The position numbers and the translations under genes are program-made. A DNA stretch of 5,961 nucleotides from a virus: positions 1 to 5,961 of IMG/VR virus record IMGVR_UViG_3300020041_000017. One strand, 5' to 3'. Position 1 is the first letter of the stretch. The number at the start of each line of letters is the position of its first letter. Below, piece by piece: positions 3,712-5,961 of the stretch. Under the pieces are notes generated by a model that saw only the letters and a program-made list of their open reading frames with translations, did not search any database and was not told the DNA's origin.

Positions 3712-5502
3712 TTAGCGATTAGACAAACGGGTTGCAAACGTTTTATTAACCAAATTCTTCTTCTGAACGGAATACGAGAGATTAATAAAGAAATTATCTT
3801 CCTTCTTGGAGGCGAATGGCGAATTTACCTGATCGATGTCTACAAACAGAAGGGAATAGTACTGATTATAGCTCGCCGACAAAACGCGCTGCTGAACCCA
3901 ATAGGAATAGAGGGGTATAGCGTCAGCAGCGCCCTGGAACCGAGACAACTGACCGAGGACCTCATCGTAGGAAGATCGAAACTCGTTAAAGCAAGGCTCA
4001 TAGGCCACAGTTTCCGTAGAAGACGTAGTTCCGAAACCAAATTGAAATCCAGGAACATCCTGATATCCAATATCATTATAAATCGGATTGAAATAGTCAG
4101 AGCCGGTGTAATGAAGATAATCAGGGTAAATACCAGCCCAATAGTAGACAGGACGAATACTCAACATGTCAATCATATAGCCGGGCTCGCGAAAATAATA
4201 AGATTGACGACGACCAAGACGCTCGTTAAAAGCGATAGTACCGCCCTGCTGGCCGAGAGGACCATTGACGCTCGGACCGCTGAAATTATTTTGCCCCGCT
4301 TGATTCATAACAATCTGCACATTAACAGTCTGTGAAGCGCTAAAAAGCAGCTTAGGCCTATCAACGTGATCAATCTTCGACGCAAAAAAAGTTTCCAACC
4401 AATCACTATAACGGGAACCTCCAGCGCCAAGCAAGTCTTTATATTCTTGAAGCCGCGAAGCGATAGCCAACTGTGGTATAGTAGAAACGCCAGACATGGA
4501 AACACCTTCAGAGCTACCAACGGGAAGCAGACGACTATAACGGTCAGGGTTCGAAGGTATAACAGCCATCGGATGAGATACGAGGAATGCGCCAAGCGTA
4601 GTAACAGTTGTAGTACTAGGGCCAGTAGCAAACTGATTCGCGGGACCCGCAGCGGTCAGCGAGGTACTTCCAGGGTAAACAGTAGAAACTGGGTAACCAT
4701 TCTTAGAAGCGGTAATCGTAGCGCCAAGGTCTGAAAGCAATATCTGAGAAAAAAGGTTTCCTCTATTGTACGTATTGTTCGACGACGACACAGCCGAAGG
4801 ATAGAATTGGCTCTCAAAATAAGCATCCAAAAATTCAAGATTTCCGAATCTTTGCGAAAAGAACGTCTGGTTTTCACTGAACTGAAGAACATTATACGCG
4901 GCGCCAGTGCTGTTGGGAATGAAATACCAACTACCAGGCCAAGCGAAAGAGTAGAGACCCCACTGAGAGTAACCATAGTAATTACGAACGATATCCCAAT
5001 AAGCGAGATAAGAGTCGGCGGTGCACCAACCTAAAGGGTATCCCAATTGAGCGGTCGAAAGGTTGGCCGACATAGGGACATTGCTAGAAGTCGTCGATGG
5101 GATAGAAGCCGGAAGAACACGCAACCAACGGAGCAATGAATTGGAATAAGGATAATTGTTGGTAGTGAACGGATAGGATGCGGTCGACGAGGCGGCGATG
5201 AAATTCAAGCTCAAATCGTTCATATCAAACTTACTGCTGTTCGTTCTCATCTCAGGGTGATACAACTGAAGCGGTACCCAAAAACGATGAAGTCGGACGG
5301 TGTAAGGGTTGAACGTCGGGACAGCGAGAGGGTTACTGCGAACATCAATGCCTTGCTCAATAGACACACGATCTCGAGCATTAATAAAATCGATCCGCAC
5401 TGGGTACAAAATGCCCGGCGTGCATGTAAAGGCCTTACTCTCAGGAACATCGTAGCGAGAGTAGCCGTTTACAACATGTGAGATAAAAGGTTGTTTTCCC
5501 AT
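3712..5502 (-). CDS. VP1: Major capsid protein (Microviridae F/VP1 family), 596 aa
   Basis: This is the longest ORF. The N-terminal block FTCTPGILYPVRIDF...VRLHRFWVPLQLY and the central block GAGGSRYSDWLETFFASKIDHVDRPKLL correspond to conserved VP1 blocks. Gokushovirus VP1 has G-x-RY-x-E...F-G-V...RLQRPE, which I cite from memory. The codon third position is strongly T-biased. The ATG is 3 nt downstream of the Rep stop. Confidence 0.95.
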   Translation of the reverse strand: MGKQPFISHVVNGYSRYDVPESKAFTCTPGILYPVRIDFINARDRVSIEQGIDVRSNPLAVPTFNPYTVRLHRFWVPLQLYHPEMRTNSSKFDMNDLSLNFIAASSTASYPFTTNNYPYSNSLLRWLRVLPASIPSTTSSNVPMSANLSTAQLGYPLGWCTADSYLAYWDIVRNYYGYSQWGLYSFAWPGSWYFIPNSTGAAYNVLQFSENQTFFSQRFGNLEFLDAYFESQFYPSAVSSSNNTYNRGNLFSQILLSDLGATITASKNGYPVSTVYPGSTSLTAAGPANQFATGPSTTTVTTLGAFLVSHPMAVIPSNPDRYSRLLPVGSSEGVSMSGVSTIPQLAIASRLQEYKDLLGAGGSRYSDWLETFFASKIDHVDRPKLLFSASQTVNVQIVMNQAGQNNFSGPSVNGPLGQQGGTIAFNERLGRRQSYYFREPGYMIDMLSIRPVYYWAGIYPDYLHYTGSDYFNPIYNDIGYQDVPGFQFGFGTTSSTETVAYEPCFNEFRSSYDEVLGQLSRFQGAADAIPLYSYWVQQRVLSASYNQYYSLLFVDIDQVNSPFASKKEDNFFINLSYSVQKKNLVNKTFATRLSNR

Positions 5503-5505
5503 AAA

Positions 5506-5912
5506 TTAAGTAATTAGTTGAAGTTTATAATGATCTCGCCAAAAGCGAAGGATATCTAGGTCTAGCCAAGAAGGAGGGTCAAAGTCAGGCATCTTCCGCG
5601 AGGACGCAGAGAAGCGCATTATTTGCTTTTGTTCCCACGCATACGACGCTCTACAGGATACGGCGGAATTGAGATTGAACCGCTCAACGCACAAAGACAC
5701 AATACGCTTAACCAAAGGAGACTTGCTAAAATGTGCATAAGCATCAGCAGCAGCAATCGAACGCATAACTTCGTCTTCCGGTTTAAGATACTTAAGATAG
5801 TATCGAGGAATCGAGTAATTGTAATTGATACGCTTCTCACAATCAAAATAAGACCACGACGAAACACGAGCAGAAGGGCGAGGCATATAACCAAGAAAAT
5901 CACCAACGCCAG
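5506..5912 (-). CDS. VP4: Replication initiation protein, C-terminal part. It continues the ORF that leaves the window at base 1, and the total is 356 aa.
   Basis: The junction codon GCT is made of base 1 plus bases 5912 and 5911. The frame then reads GVGDFLGY and runs into the listed 126-aa ORF (MPRPSARV...KLQLIT), ending with TAA at 5508-5506. 664 + 407 nt = 1,071 nt = 356 codons plus stop. The same frame also stays open through the duplicated 5913-5961. Confidence 0.9.
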
Positions 5913-5961
5913 CAGATACGAATTTTCGCGTATAACGGCGATGTTGGAGGAGGCAAGATAA
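5913..5961. repeat. Right copy of the 49-nt terminal direct repeat, redundant with 1-49
   Basis: Base-for-base identity with 1-49, read directly from the sequence. Confidence 0.97.

Larger units (their letters stand above)
1..5961 (-). other. Complete circular Microviridae (ssDNA phage) genome. The unit length is 5,912 nt, linearised inside the Rep gene, and the coding/virion-sense strand is the window minus strand.
   Basis: VP1, VP2 and Rep hallmark genes are all present and all on one strand. There is an exact 49-nt terminal redundancy. The Rep reading frame closes perfectly across the junction. Genes are separated by 1-21 nt in most cases. Confidence 0.92.

Noticed and set aside
418-5233. 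Isolated TAnnTTTG (-7-like) matches on the coding strand inside genes (418-425, 687-694, 3423-3430, 5226-5233)
   Set aside because: None has a TTTG 19-21 nt upstream, and a few matches of this T-rich 6-specified-base motif are expected by chance in a T-rich strand. The copies at 687-694 (before Rep) and 3423-3430 (before the lipoprotein region) could still be weak internal promoters.
3840-5450. Four hydrophobic minus-strand ORFs nested in VP1 (3840-4076, 4305-4631, 4656-4976, 5247-5450), considered as phiX E-like overlapping lysis genes
   Set aside because: All four lie in the same +1 frame relative to VP1, where the VP1 T-rich third position becomes codon position 2. Their Leu-rich hydrophobic character is therefore a compositional artefact. 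They have no distinctive start context or conserved feature. Conservation analysis in related genomes could still overturn this.
5506-5886. Internal in-frame Met231 of Rep (the 126-aa track ORF) as a phiX A*-like truncated product
   Set aside because: phiX A* retains the catalytic tyrosines. This fragment would start downstream of the HFH and YxxKY motifs, and nothing marks the ATG as a start.
242-5961. All plus-strand ORFs in the track (242-469, 652-885, 1322-1504, 1827-2042, 2595-2798, 4042-4335, 4366-4734, 4807-5034, 5257-5481, 5623-5961)
   Set aside because: They are antisense to well-supported genes, short, and compositionally odd (Arg/Ser/Thr/Asn-rich antisense translations). Known Microviridae transcribe a single strand only.
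1-5961. Absence of TGA among the eight stop codons (5 TAA, 3 TAG) as a hint of an alternative genetic code
   Set aside because: There are too few genes to draw this inference. All ORFs are intact under the standard code, and no ORF would extend sensibly through a reassigned stop.

Overview
The window is one complete genome of a small ssDNA phage of the family Microviridae, with non-phiX, gokusho/alpa-like architecture. It is shown as the reverse complement of its coding strand. Bases 1-49 are identical to bases 5913-5961, so the real molecule is a 5,912-nt circle and the window is a linearised assembly with a 49-nt overlap. All credible genes lie on the minus strand and are tightly packed. 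In transcription order they are: (1) Replication initiator Rep/VP4, 356 aa. It starts at 664, runs off the left edge, resumes at 5912 and stops at 5506. The supplied ORF track shows only its last 126 aa. (2) Major capsid protein VP1, 5502->3712. (3) A very acidic 98-aa protein, 3699->3403. (4) A 63-aa predicted lipoprotein, 3269->3078. (5) DNA-pilot/minor capsid protein VP2, 3076->1709. (6) A basic 102-aa protein, 1636->1328. (7) An acidic, His-rich 107-aa protein, 1306->983. (8) A 66-aa Arg-rich protein, 864->664, whose stop overlaps the Rep start (TAATG). Three non-coding signals stand out. There is a full Bacteroides-type promoter (TTTG-N19-TATATTTG) in the VP2/ORF102 spacer. There is a strong GC-rich hairpin followed by a T-tract in the largest intergenic region (939->895). 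There is a repeated start context, TTTAAATT-NN-ACTACT-ATG. I see no Shine-Dalgarno sequences, tRNAs, CRISPRs, integrase or recognisable lysin. The most interesting candidates for undescribed biology are the small lipobox protein placed between the morphogenetic genes and the two-gene accessory cassette bounded by the promoter and the hairpin. The lipoprotein could act in lysis or in receptor masking. All functional ideas beyond Rep, VP1 and VP2 are inference from sequence features only.
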